From the NCBI GenBank assembly GCA_050951805.1, contig JBMNJT010000002.1, positions 1,376,001 to 1,440,000 of the forward strand: DNA of 64,000 nucleotides, written 5' to 3'. The notes under the pieces are model-generated. The model was not told the DNA's origin, searched no databases, and saw only the letters and a list, made by a program, of their open reading frames with translations. Origin of the DNA: Bacillota bacterium (lineage in GTDB: Bacteria > Bacillota > DTU025). The translations under genes and the position numbers were made by a program. Below, piece after piece: positions 29,699 through 39,556 of this stretch. Every line of letters starts with the position of its first letter. The first letter of the stretch is position 1.

Positions 29699-30102
29699 TA
29701 GCCAACGGCCTTGTTTTTCTGAACTTGCCCACAACATCAACCCAAGACCTCACCAAAAACAAACATTGAGCGTCTTCCTCATTTTGACCCATTGTCCACC
29801 AGGAACGGGGCTGACTCGAATCACATCAACTTGCTTAGTGCAACGCTCGAAGTAACTATAGAGTCGACACATCGTCCCATTGCTGACCAAGCCTGCACGC
29901 TCAGCAGCTTTGCAAGACACCATACCCTGTTTGGACATTGACCGGAATGGCTGTCCTTGATATGCTCAACTTGGCAGCTATGCCATACGCTTATATCTTC
30001 GAGAGTCGCACAAACGCCAAGCTGTCGGCTCAGCCAGGCGTCTGTACGCAGGCATGCATCGCCATGCACACGCCAACACAAGCAAGACGGGAGGAATGTG
30101 GC

Positions 30103-33100
30103 ATGAAACGTTCTAAACGACTAGTCATTCAAAGGCTGGCACTTTCGGCAATATTGCTCATCTTTGCCGCTACAGGACCAGCCCATTGGGGCTGTCCAAG
30201 CTTTTGCCTGGCAGAAGCGTCGTCGGCCACTGCCAACGACGACGCCACAATCGTCGGCTTGGCCGATCTTCGCAAATGCGATGAACAGGGGGTACCCCTT
30301 CTCATCGACCAAGTAGTCACGGTTGAAGGAGCAGCGCTTATCGATACAGGCAAGTGGCACAACGCCGCGAACTACTTCGCGATCGTAGGGCCAGCTCAAC
30401 CCGTATCGCTCTCAGATTGGGCCAAAGCTGTCACACCATCTGATCGCGTTTTCGGCACGCTCGTGTATCTCCCCGGAACCACCGTTCCCCAGGTAAAAGC
30501 GGGCGATTTTGTTCGTGTTACAGGAAAGGTGTCTATCAAAGGATACACCACAGATTATGGCACCACGGTAATTGTGCCCTCCAGTTCCGACCAGATAGTC
30601 ATACTCGAACACGGCTCCGACATCATAGGGAATCTGCCGGCAACTCGGCTCGCCACCGACCCAACCTTCGCTGAAGCCGAACCCCTCGAAGGCCAGCTCG
30701 TTACCGTCGAAGGAAGGCTCTTCGGCTATGATGACGAGGGAATCACCCAAGGCTTTTGGCTCGACGGAAGCCGCGACGGAAACATAGAGGACGCCGAGGG
30801 CATGATGCAGGTCAAATTCTACAACTATCATGGTCTCGACATATCCCATCTAGGAAACGGCTCCTACGCAAAAGTAACAGGCGTGCTCGTTCAGGGGCAG
30901 GATTTCCCGCCATACCACGGCGGCTACTACATCCGCCCCACTGCTCAGGAATTCATCACCGACGATCCCAGTAGGAAGCTGGTCTCGGCGGAATCAGAAA
31001 TGAGAGCCGCAAAGATCAGGTACAATGTTGGCGACCCTGTCCACATGTCAAAAAAAGGCATCTTTCAACTGAGTACCATGGTCTCTAGCACCTCATACCC
31101 ATTCGTAGACCGAGTTCATTCTCACTGGAATCCAGATGGCAGCGGCGTCGTGTTCACCATGGGAAAACTGAAGAGTGCTCGGAGCACTCTGGAGAATACA
31201 GAGACAAATCTATTTCTCATCGATTTTCGGGGCGGGAATGAGCATTCCCAGCTCACCTTCGACAAAAGCCCCAAGGAATTCCCGCGATGGTCTCCCGACG
31301 GAACCAGAATAGCCTATAGCGCGTTGGAAAGTCCCGACGAACTGTTTGGCAAGTGGGACATTTGGATATGGAACGCGTCAGACAATTCAGATCCCATAAA
31401 AGTGACTGATGGGCTATGCTATGATACGTATCCAAGCTGGTCGCCTGATGGAAAGAGCCTCGTATTCCAGTCCGACCGCAGCGGCAACTGGGACATATGG
31501 CGAATAGACCTCGACGGCAGTGTCAATGATGATAGCGCAATCCGTCTCACCCGATCAATGTCGGATGATGGCTGCCCTGACTGGTCCCCTGATGGTTCAA
31601 GGATTGCGTTCCAATCAGACAGAAATGGCAACAGATTCGACATATGGATCATGTCTCTTGAGAATCCGGAGAATCACGAGAGTCCTGAGAAGAACGCTTT
31701 CTGCCTGACCGGATCGCTCTCGGGCGACTCTGTTTGCCCACGCTGGTCCAATGACGGCACTCAAATAGCATTCATGTCAAATCACTTCGGAACATGGGAC
31801 ATATGGATGGCCGACGTAGCCACAGGGGATCTGTGGCGCGTGACTGATCTTGAGGGCGCTGAGAAGTATCCCTCGTTCTCCCACGACGGACGACGCATAA
31901 TATTCGCCACTGATCTGGGACAAGGCTGGAACCTCTACGCAGCCGATCTCAAGAGGGCCAAGCCGGCCAAATTCACAGGATCCGAGGGCCAGGCAGTAAC
32001 GCCTCCCCAAGCTCCGCCTGAGCAGCCAAAGGCAAAGCCGAGAGGGGAATATGGAATAGTCTCTCCCCAGCTTGCCCTGCCCGCCTTCGTAAAGCCGGAA
32101 GGGACGCTCTCCATAGAAGTGATTTCTCCGGTTCAAGATAGTCCGACATCCGCCACTAGCGTGGAATGGAAAATACGGCTTTTCCCCAAGATCGGTTCGT
32201 CTGAGGCTTCCGCAATCTCTCTCACCCCACACAAGGCCACAGCCTTGCCGGATGGCAGGTGGAGCATGGAGGCAACAATCCCTGAGGATACGCCGATCAA
32301 CCTGTATGACCTGGCAGTGTCCGCATTGTGCGGAAACACACTGCTTATGGAGGACAGACAGCCGAACGCGGTGAGCATAACTACAGTCGATCCCGAAAAC
32401 TCTGTTTTCGCGATCATCTCCGATATCCATCTGAACAATCCGAAATCATCCGGCGACGACCCCGACGCTTCTCTAAACACCCTGCTTCTTGAGGTTATTG
32501 AGGAACTCAACCTTATCCAGCCGGATTTCGTGGTTCTTCTTGGAGACCTCGTGGAAAGCAACGCCGACACATACCATCGCGACTTCGACGATATGTGGAA
32601 TATTCTCGACGGTTACGCCAAATTCCCCGTCTTTGCCGTGATGGGAAACCATGACGGGCAGCGCGTTGGAGAAGTGGACGGATTCGAGTACTTTCAGCGC
32701 CATTTCGGCCCCCTATATCATTCCTTTGATTGGGGCGGGTGGCACTTTGCCTTGGTCAACACGTACGACCATCCAGCACATCCGTCAGACAACGGGGTCA
32801 TAGGACGCGAGCAACTAAAATGGCTCGATAGCGATTTGCACTTTGCGTCGTCTGCAGGGCAGAAGATCGCAGTCATGCTCCACCATAACCCATTCGACGA
32901 TAGGTGGGTCTTCATGGATGAAGGCAGGGAGCAGCTTGTGGAGGTTTTAGAAAGACACGGAGCAAGGTATGTCTTCGCCGGCCACAGGCATTCAGACCAG
33001 CTAGAGCAGACGGAGCTAACAAAGATAATAACTACTCGCACAGCCCAGGCAGCAAGCCGCGACATGGCAGGGTACCGAGTCATCAGAATCGAGGATGGCT

Positions 33101-33189
33101 ACATCGCATCTGTCCACTACATCATGCCCAAGTCCTCGAAGCCTCTTGGAACCACGAATATGGGGCTGGAGGCAGAAGGTAGAGATTGA
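30103..33189 (+). CDS. Secreted multidomain protein: 2 OB-like folds, PD40/TolB beta-propeller, Ig-like domain, calcineurin-like metallophosphoesterase
   Basis: RBS GGGAGG then MKRSKR plus hydrophobic signal; repeated P.WSPDG..I.F.S.R.G.WDIW; DIH/GD/GNHD/HH/GHRH motifs. Confidence 0.85.
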   Translation: MKRSKRLVIQRLALSAILLIFAATGPAHWGCPSFCLAEASSATANDDATIVGLADLRKCDEQGVPLLIDQVVTVEGAALIDTGKWHNAANYFAIVGPAQPVSLSDWAKAVTPSDRVFGTLVYLPGTTVPQVKAGDFVRVTGKVSIKGYTTDYGTTVIVPSSSDQIVILEHGSDIIGNLPATRLATDPTFAEAEPLEGQLVTVEGRLFGYDDEGITQGFWLDGSRDGNIEDAEGMMQVKFYNYHGLDISHLGNGSYAKVTGVLVQGQDFPPYHGGYYIRPTAQEFITDDPSRKLVSAESEMRAAKIRYNVGDPVHMSKKGIFQLSTMVSSTSYPFVDRVHSHWNPDGSGVVFTMGKLKSARSTLENTETNLFLIDFRGGNEHSQLTFDKSPKEFPRWSPDGTRIAYSALESPDELFGKWDIWIWNASDNSDPIKVTDGLCYDTYPSWSPDGKSLVFQSDRSGNWDIWRIDLDGSVNDDSAIRLTRSMSDDGCPDWSPDGSRIAFQSDRNGNRFDIWIMSLENPENHESPEKNAFCLTGSLSGDSVCPRWSNDGTQIAFMSNHFGTWDIWMADVATGDLWRVTDLEGAEKYPSFSHDGRRIIFATDLGQGWNLYAADLKRAKPAKFTGSEGQAVTPPQAPPEQPKAKPRGEYGIVSPQLALPAFVKPEGTLSIEVISPVQDSPTSATSVEWKIRLFPKIGSSEASAISLTPHKATALPDGRWSMEATIPEDTPINLYDLAVSALCGNTLLMEDRQPNAVSITTVDPENSVFAIISDIHLNNPKSSGDDPDASLNTLLLEVIEELNLIQPDFVVLLGDLVESNADTYHRDFDDMWNILDGYAKFPVFAVMGNHDGQRVGEVDGFEYFQRHFGPLYHSFDWGGWHFALVNTYDHPAHPSDNGVIGREQLKWLDSDLHFASSAGQKIAVMLHHNPFDDRWVFMDEGREQLVEVLERHGARYVFAGHRHSDQLEQTELTKIITTRTAQAASRDMAGYRVIRIEDGYIASVHYIMPKSSKPLGTTNMGLEAEGRD

Positions 33190-33387
33190 ATATATCGGCC
33201 TGGGCATGGAGGACCGGGTTTGCAAGCCTCCGTGCCCTGGCCGATAGGGCCATGATGATCTGGTTCCCCTCCTTTCAACCAAGGTGGCTTGCAATCATGC
33301 AGACGCACAAACCCCATATCATGGGAGGAGTTTGGGCGGCATGTGTGGAAAACTTGTATGGTCCACGATAATGCGGGAGGGATACGC

Positions 33388-35145
33388 TTGAAAAGTCTGA
33401 TGACTGGAAACGAAGCGATAGCCCGGGGAGCCTGGGAGGCTGGCGTCAGGTTCGCCACCGCCTATCCCGGCACCCCCAGTACGGAAATCCTGGAGAACAT
33501 CGCAGGCTACGACGAAATCCGCTCCCAGTGGTCGGTGAACGAAAAAACTGCTCTTGAGACAGCTTTAGGCGGCTCCATCGCTGGCGCAAGAACCCTTTGC
33601 GCGATGAAGCACGTCGGTCTGAACGTTGCCGCCGACCCTCTCTTCTCTTCGGCATACATGGGAGTCAACGCAGGGCTCGTCATTGTCACCGCAGATGACC
33701 CAGGTTGCCACAGTTCACAGAATGAACAGGACAATAGGAACTATGCAAAAGCTGCCAAGCTTCCGCTCATCGAGCCATCCAACAGCCAAGAGGCACTGGA
33801 TTTCGTAAAGGTTGCATTCGAGTTGAGCGAGGCCTACAGCACACCGGTCTTGTTCAGAATAACCACAAGGCTAGCCCATGGCAAATCGGTCGTGACCGTT
33901 GGCCGCCGTGTGGACGTCAAACCGCGAGAGTACGTCCGAGACACGTCCAGATTTGTTCTAATGCCGGCACAGGCGAGGACCCGCCATGGTGTCCTTGAAG
34001 ACCGCCTGATTCAACTGGAGGATTGGGCATGCACCACCCGGCTGAATCGGGTGGAGTGGGGTTCTCGAAAACTTGGCATCATCACGAGCGGAGTAGCTTA
34101 CCACTACGCGCACGAGGTGTTCGGCGAGGATGCTTCCTACTTGAAGCTGGGCATGAGTTATCCATTCCCCAAAAAGCTAGTGGAGGACTTCGCCGCACAA
34201 GTTGATCGCCTGGTCGTCATCGAAGAACTCGATCCGTTCATTGAGGACGCCGTTCGCGCCATGGGAATCGAAGCGGAAGGTAAAGCCCTCATTCCCCGCC
34301 TTGGCGAACTTGATTCCGCTATCATAGCCGAAGCATTCGAAAAGGCCGACAGTAAAAGTCCGCCGCCTGAAGATGTTACTGGAAGGCCCCCGATGTTCTG
34401 CGCCGGTTGTCCGCATCGCGGCGTCTTCTACGAGCTTGGACAGCTTCCCGTGACGATAACAGGTGACATCGGGTGCTATACTCTGGGTTCGCTGCCCCCG
34501 TTTGCAGCCACCGAAACGTGCATATGCATGGGCGCAAGCATATCGGCGGGGCTAGGATTCCAGAAGGTTTTCAACATGCTGAACCCGGCCGATCCCAAGA
34601 GAACGATTGCCGTAATCGGCGACTCCACCTTCTATCACTCAGGCATGACCGGTCTTCTCGATGCGGTCTATAACGACGTCGGACTCATAACTATCATCCT
34701 CGATAACCGGATTACCGCAATGACCGGCCATCAGGAGAATCCTGGCTCTGGCTATAATCTTTCGGGCCAGAGCGCTCCCCAAGCAAGGCCTGAAGAGATC
34801 GCCAAGGCCTTAGGTGTCGAACAGATCGCCACTGTCAACCCATATGATCTTACAGAGGTGAAGAAGGCACTCGATAACGCGCTTGCAGACCCTCATCCAT
34901 CAGTGATTGTGTCCCGAGCGCCGTGCGCCCTTCTGAAGCGTGAAGCGGTCAGAAGGCCGCCTTACTGCGTCGACCAGGATGCATGCCGAAAATGTAAGGC
35001 ATGCCTCAAGGTAGCCTGTCCGGCGCTGTACGTGGAAGACGGAGAGGTGCACATCGATAATGCATCCTGCGTCGGGTGCGGTGTTTGTGCCCAAGTATGC
35101 AGATTTGGCGCGATCAATCAAACAGAGAAAACGGGTGAGAACTGA
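33388..35145 (+). CDS. iorA: Indolepyruvate:ferredoxin oxidoreductase alpha subunit
   Basis: GNEAIARG, YPGTPSTE, MKHVGLNVAAD, SSQNEQD, CAGCPHR, GDIGCY, AMTGHQ, C-terminal ferredoxin domain. Confidence 0.96.
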   Translation: MKSLMTGNEAIARGAWEAGVRFATAYPGTPSTEILENIAGYDEIRSQWSVNEKTALETALGGSIAGARTLCAMKHVGLNVAADPLFSSAYMGVNAGLVIVTADDPGCHSSQNEQDNRNYAKAAKLPLIEPSNSQEALDFVKVAFELSEAYSTPVLFRITTRLAHGKSVVTVGRRVDVKPREYVRDTSRFVLMPAQARTRHGVLEDRLIQLEDWACTTRLNRVEWGSRKLGIITSGVAYHYAHEVFGEDASYLKLGMSYPFPKKLVEDFAAQVDRLVVIEELDPFIEDAVRAMGIEAEGKALIPRLGELDSAIIAEAFEKADSKSPPPEDVTGRPPMFCAGCPHRGVFYELGQLPVTITGDIGCYTLGSLPPFAATETCICMGASISAGLGFQKVFNMLNPADPKRTIAVIGDSTFYHSGMTGLLDAVYNDVGLITIILDNRITAMTGHQENPGSGYNLSGQSAPQARPEEIAKALGVEQIATVNPYDLTEVKKALDNALADPHPSVIVSRAPCALLKREAVRRPPYCVDQDACRKCKACLKVACPALYVEDGEVHIDNASCVGCGVCAQVCRFGAINQTEKTGEN

Positions 35146-35723
35146 TGGCTAACACTACTAGCATTATGTTGGCGGGAGTCGGCGGGCAAGGCACGATATT
35201 GGCAAGCCGGGTCCTTGCGCAGCTCCTCCTCGATAAAGGCTACGATGTTAAGATGTCGGAAGTTCATGGCATGGCTCAGCGTGGCGGAAGCGTCACCACT
35301 CAGGTGCGCTACGGTGAGCAAGTCGACGCGCCGACCATAGCACCCGGACAGGCCGATTTCATACTGTCTTTCGAGGCTATGGAAGCTGCAAGGACGGCGC
35401 ACTTCCTCAAGCCCGGAGGAACAATAATTGCCAACACGAGAAGGATTCCCTCACTCCCGATACTCATCGGCAAGGAAGAGTATCCGGATGATATCGACGA
35501 GCGCCTTGCAGAACGCGGAATCGATGTCCGTTGGGTAGATGCGTATTCCATCGCCGAAGAACTGGGGAATACACGCGTGGAAAACGTCGTCCTTCTCGGG
35601 GCATTTTCCACAGTTCTGCCATTTACTGAAGGCGCGTGGAAAAAGGCCATAGCCCAGGTTGTGCCGCCACGCCATGTGGAGCTCAATGTAGTTGCTTTTC
35701 AGAGAGGAAGCAGGCTGGCGTAA
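35145..35723 (+). CDS. iorB: Indolepyruvate:ferredoxin oxidoreductase beta subunit
   Basis: GVGGQG, SEVHGMAQRGGSV, NVVLLG; TGATG coupling to iorA. Confidence 0.96.
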   Translation: MANTTSIMLAGVGGQGTILASRVLAQLLLDKGYDVKMSEVHGMAQRGGSVTTQVRYGEQVDAPTIAPGQADFILSFEAMEAARTAHFLKPGGTIIANTRRIPSLPILIGKEEYPDDIDERLAERGIDVRWVDAYSIAEELGNTRVENVVLLGAFSTVLPFTEGAWKKAIAQVVPPRHVELNVVAFQRGSRLA

Positions 35724-35725
35724 AG

Positions 35726-36043
35726 ATGGAGACGCCGATTGCGCTCACCGTGGCCATTTTGGGGATTACAGGGGCAGCTTCGCTTATCTTCGGATATCTC
35801 ATAGGCCACAAGAACAAGTTCGACCTGATTAACGGATACACAGAAGAGAAGATGCTCGATGCCGCAAAGTTCGCTCAATGGATGCGACTATGCTACAACA
35901 TCATGGGAGGAGTGCTGATTGGAGCATCCGCCCTGCTTGTTGCCACAAAGGCAGTTCTTGCAATTGTGATTGCATGTACCGTGATAGTAACAGTCGTGCT
36001 TGCAGTAATGACACTTGGCGCACGAAGGTACTACCGAATATGA
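35726..36043 (+). CDS. Small 3-TM membrane protein (DUF3784-like)
   Basis: GYLI..K.KFDLINGY pattern, three hydrophobic segments, ends RRYYRI. Confidence 0.65.
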   Translation: METPIALTVAILGITGAASLIFGYLIGHKNKFDLINGYTEEKMLDAAKFAQWMRLCYNIMGGVLIGASALLVATKAVLAIVIACTVIVTVVLAVMTLGARRYYRI

Positions 36044-36057
36044 GTGCTCGTGCCATA

Positions 36058-36100
36058 CGCCCCCGGCTAGGGCGCAAGCTGCGGCCCGGGGGCGTTATTC
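36058..36100 (+). terminator. Hairpin between the convergent DUF3784-like gene and rarA
   Basis: 9-bp stem CGCCCCCGG/CCGGGGGCG followed by TTATTC. Confidence 0.5.
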
Positions 36101-36183
36101 TGTCGCTTTCCTCGCCTTGCCCGCCTCTTCGCAGATACTGCATTCTATCCCGCCAAGCTAGTGATGATGAACTACCAGGAGGT

Positions 36184-37554
36184 TTACCTCAGGCGGTCAT
36201 CGGAGCCATCGCACCCCTTCTTCATCTCGGCCATGCGCTGCCTGACTCGCGCTTCATTGGGATTCTCCCCTGGTTCGTAGTATCTGCGCCCCTCAAGCCC
36301 CTCCGGCATGTATTGCTGGCTTACCCAGGCCCCAGGATAGTCATGGGGATACTTGTAGCCTACGCCATGGCCGAAGGTGGATGCACCGCGATATGAGGCG
36401 TCCCGCAGATGAAGCGGAACGTCTGATATGGATCTGGTCCTCACGTCATCCGTGGCAGCATCAATCGCCCGGATGACGGAGTTGCTCTTGGGAGCCGTAG
36501 CTATGTAAATCGTGGCATGGGCCAGTATTATCCGAGCCTCGGGAAGACCTACCTTCTCCACCGCGGCAAGAGCAGCGGACGCAACCAGCAACGCCTGGGA
36601 ATCCGCCATGCCCACATCCTCGCTGGCGTGGATCATCAGACGTCGAGCAATAAACCGAGGGTCTTCGCCTGATTCGATCATCCTGGCAAGGTAATGCAGA
36701 GCAGCGTCGGGATCCGACCCCCGCATGCTCTTTATGAAGGCAGACACCACGTCGTAATGCATATCCCCCCCGCCATCGTATCGGAGTGCCCTATGCTGTA
36801 TGGAGTCTTCAGCCACCTCCAATGTTATGTGGATCCTTCCATCCTCGCCCGCTGGCGTAGAGAGTGCAGCAACCTCTATCGCATTCAATGCCGTTCGGGC
36901 ATCGCCGTTGGCAAAACTGGCGATGTGATCTAGGGCATCATCATCTATGGATATGTTGAGATAACCGAGGCCACGCTCTGAATCATCCAGGGCGCGCACA
37001 ATAAGGCAGCGCACGTCGTCGACGCCCAAAGGCTCAAGCTTGAATATGCGGGAGCGCGAGACCAACGGCGGGTTGACGTCGAAGAATGGATTCTCAGTGG
37101 TAGCGCCGATAAGCGTGACAGTGCCGTCTTCAACTGACGGCAAGAGGGCGTCCTGTTGTGCCTTGTTGAACCTATGGATCTCGTCGATGAACAGAATCGT
37201 ACGAACGCCATGAAGCTTCCATCTGTCCCGAGCGGTTGCCACAACCTGCCTGATGTCGGCAACCCCGGCAGTCACCGCATTAAGCCTTACGAAGTCCGCC
37301 TTGGTCGTAAGTGCAATCACCTCGGCGATCGTGGTCTTGCCCGAGCCTGGCGGGCCATAGAGTATTATCGATCCTAGCTTGTCGGCCTCTATCGCCCTCC
37401 GCAGAAGCTTCCCTGGCCCGAGAATGTGGTCTTGTCCAAGTATTTCATCAATGGTGCGAGGCCTCATCCTAGCCGCAAGGGGGACGCGATCGCCCCCTCC
37501 TCGCTTTTCGGCCGCATAGTCAAATAGATCAGGGCCTGAAATCATCTGGCTCAC
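36184..37554 (-). CDS. rarA: Replication-associated recombination protein RarA/MgsA
   Basis: PLAARMRP, GPPGSGKTT, DEIHRFNKAQQD, SAFIKSMRGSD, YKYPHDY. Confidence 0.96.
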   Translation of the reverse strand: MSQMISGPDLFDYAAEKRGGGDRVPLAARMRPRTIDEILGQDHILGPGKLLRRAIEADKLGSIILYGPPGSGKTTIAEVIALTTKADFVRLNAVTAGVADIRQVVATARDRWKLHGVRTILFIDEIHRFNKAQQDALLPSVEDGTVTLIGATTENPFFDVNPPLVSRSRIFKLEPLGVDDVRCLIVRALDDSERGLGYLNISIDDDALDHIASFANGDARTALNAIEVAALSTPAGEDGRIHITLEVAEDSIQHRALRYDGGGDMHYDVVSAFIKSMRGSDPDAALHYLARMIESGEDPRFIARRLMIHASEDVGMADSQALLVASAALAAVEKVGLPEARIILAHATIYIATAPKSNSVIRAIDAATDDVRTRSISDVPLHLRDASYRGASTFGHGVGYKYPHDYPGAWVSQQYMPEGLEGRRYYEPGENPNEARVRQRMAEMKKGCDGSDDRLR

Positions 37555-37913
37555 CTCGGGTACTGTTCAATGTAGCAACTTGGCATGCTCGCCCACTGGC
37601 GCAACTCCATCATACATCATAGAGGGCAAAGGTGGACAACGAGGCAATCGGCCGGCCTTCTGCATATATGTTGAGGAGCAATAGATCCGACCCCGGGCAT
37701 GGTGGTTAGCCTATGCAGGTTTTGACTGCACAACTATGACGTTGTACAGAGGAGAAGAGTAGTCTGAAGACCAGAGCACACTCTTGCGCTTTACGCCGAT
37801 TCTGTTCAGCGAAAAACAACGATATGGACGGATAGCAAGCCAAGCGTTTTCAATCGCAGAATATGCTGTCAGAAAAGCCCAACAGGCTTAAGCTGCCCAT
37901 TGGGCAAAAAAGG

Positions 37914-38088
37914 ACCCCACCATGCCGTAGCCGTGGCCGTTTCTCCCCCGCGCCCGCGAGGTGGGTGCCCTCCCATCACGTTTGCGTTCCACGTTTTCAC
38001 GCGGCCCACACGCCGGTGACAGAGTCCAGGCTCCCATTGATGATGTGTTGGAAGTAAACAGCCAGAGTGCTTACGTGCACAGCAGGGT
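37914..38088 (-). ncRNA. ssrS: 6S RNA (SsrS)
   Basis: About 175 nt; ends pair (ACCCTGCTGTGC.../...GCATGGTGGGGT); TGGCTGTTT/AAACGGCCA inner stem; GGGCACCCACC motif; T tract after; usual locus between hisS and rarA. Confidence 0.88.
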
Positions 38089-38113
38089 AATAGCTCCAAT
38101 CGATGTCAAGTAC

Positions 38114-38142
38114 ATGATATCACACGACCTGCGGCGTTTCAA
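38114..38142 (-). promoter_or_regulatory. sigmaA promoter of 6S RNA
   Basis: TTGAAA-N17-TATCAT with extended TGn. Confidence 0.7.
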
Positions 38143-38210
38143 CAAAACCGATCCTGCCAAAAATTGAGGCAATTGGATGGAATGCGAGCCGATGCCTGCG
38201 CGTTAGCAGC

Positions 38211-39485
38211 TTACTCCATACCCGCTTTGCCAGCCTCCAAAACCTTCGAGGCCAGCTCGGCTTGGAGAACAAGCTCTTGATCGCCTGTGGCCATGGCTTT
38301 GAGCGTCACCATATCCGTCGCCAGTTCCTCGTCGCCTATGATCGCCACGAAACGTGCCCCCACTTTCGCTGCAAAACGCATCTGAGCCTTGAGCCCGCGG
38401 TCGAGCATGTCGTAATCTGCGGAGATCCCGCAAGAACGCATGTTGAAGGCCAGCTCGAATGCCCTCTCGCGAGCGGCCTCACCCAAGGACACAAAATAGA
38501 TGTCTATCGGCCGATCATACGCTTTTTCGCCGGCCGAGGCGCGCATGGCAAGTACGCATCTCTCAAGCCCACAAGCAACGCCCACCGCAGGGGTTGGAGG
38601 TCCTCCTACCTCTTCTACCAACCCATCGTAACGGCCGCCGCCGCCTATAGCGTCCTGGGACCCGATTCCTCCAACATTGTACTCAAACGTAGTTCTCGTA
38701 TAGTAGTCTAGTCCCCTAACGAGCCTCGGGTTTATCACGTATTCCACGTTGAGTTTGTCCAAAAGGCGGCGAACCTCATCAAAATGGCTGCGGCATTCCG
38801 GACACAGGATATCCAATACCATAGGCGGCTCCGGGAGCGCACGGCGGCATTCCTCCGACTTGCAGTCAAGGAGACGCAAAGGATTCCTATCGTATCGCGA
38901 AACACAAGACGGACACAGTCTGCTCAAAACTGGCCTATACGTCTCCCTCAAAAGCTCCCTATACGCCGGCCTGCACGAAGGGCAGCCTATGGAGTTGATG
39001 TTCACAATCACTCCACGGATTCCCAGAGAATCAAATACCTCGAGCGGAACCGAAATGACTTCTGCATCTGCTGCAGGGCTCGGCGCTCCAATGACCTCCA
39101 GACCAAACTGGTGAAACTGACGGTATCTTCCTGCCTGAGGCCGTTCGTATCTGAACATCGGCCCAAGGTAGTAAAGTTTCGCAGGTTGCGGCTTACTGGC
39201 AAACCCACGCTCTACATATGCTCGCACAACAGGTGCCGTGCCCTCAGGCCTGAGAGTGATTGAGCGGTCTCCCCTATCAGTGAATGTGTACATTTCCTTC
39301 TCAACTATGTCTGTGGCTTCGCCCACACCTCTCTCGAAGAGTTCTGTGTGTTCGAATATGGGAGTGCGTATCTCCCTGTAGCCAGCCCTTTCAGCCGCAC
39401 CCCGCACGAGCCCTTCAACGTGTTGCCAAAGCCCAACTTCGTCTGGAAGAATATCAGTAGTGCCTCTCGGCGCTGTAATATCCAC
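38211..39485 (-). CDS. hisS: Histidine-tRNA ligase
   Basis: LRPEGTA, FRYERPQAGRYRQF, LVRGLDYY, GGGRYDGL. Confidence 0.98.
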   Translation of the reverse strand: MDITAPRGTTDILPDEVGLWQHVEGLVRGAAERAGYREIRTPIFEHTELFERGVGEATDIVEKEMYTFTDRGDRSITLRPEGTAPVVRAYVERGFASKPQPAKLYYLGPMFRYERPQAGRYRQFHQFGLEVIGAPSPAADAEVISVPLEVFDSLGIRGVIVNINSIGCPSCRPAYRELLRETYRPVLSRLCPSCVSRYDRNPLRLLDCKSEECRRALPEPPMVLDILCPECRSHFDEVRRLLDKLNVEYVINPRLVRGLDYYTRTTFEYNVGGIGSQDAIGGGGRYDGLVEEVGGPPTPAVGVACGLERCVLAMRASAGEKAYDRPIDIYFVSLGEAARERAFELAFNMRSCGISADYDMLDRGLKAQMRFAAKVGARFVAIIGDEELATDMVTLKAMATGDQELVLQAELASKVLEAGKAGME

Positions 39486-39511
39486 GCAAACGCCCCCCAG
39501 TGCAGATTATG

Positions 39512-39536
39512 AAAATGGGCGGGCCCAAGCCCGCCC
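39512..39536 (-). terminator. Terminator-like hairpin between the SurA/TPR gene and hisS
   Basis: 8-bp GC stem GGGCGGGC/GCCCGCCC followed by ATTTT. Confidence 0.6.
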
Positions 39537-39556
39537 TAAGATATCCAAGATCACAA

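Noticed and set aside
31100-31960. CRISPR array or DNA tandem repeat
   Set aside because: The periodicity is protein-level PD40 repeats with degenerate codons; there are no identical DNA repeats.
37555-37913. Small gene or LexA box upstream of rarA
   Set aside because: No ORF with a good RBS and no GAAC-N4-GTTC match found by eye.
39486-39556. T-box upstream of hisS
   Set aside because: Only 70 bp, holding a simple hairpin; no T-box motif.
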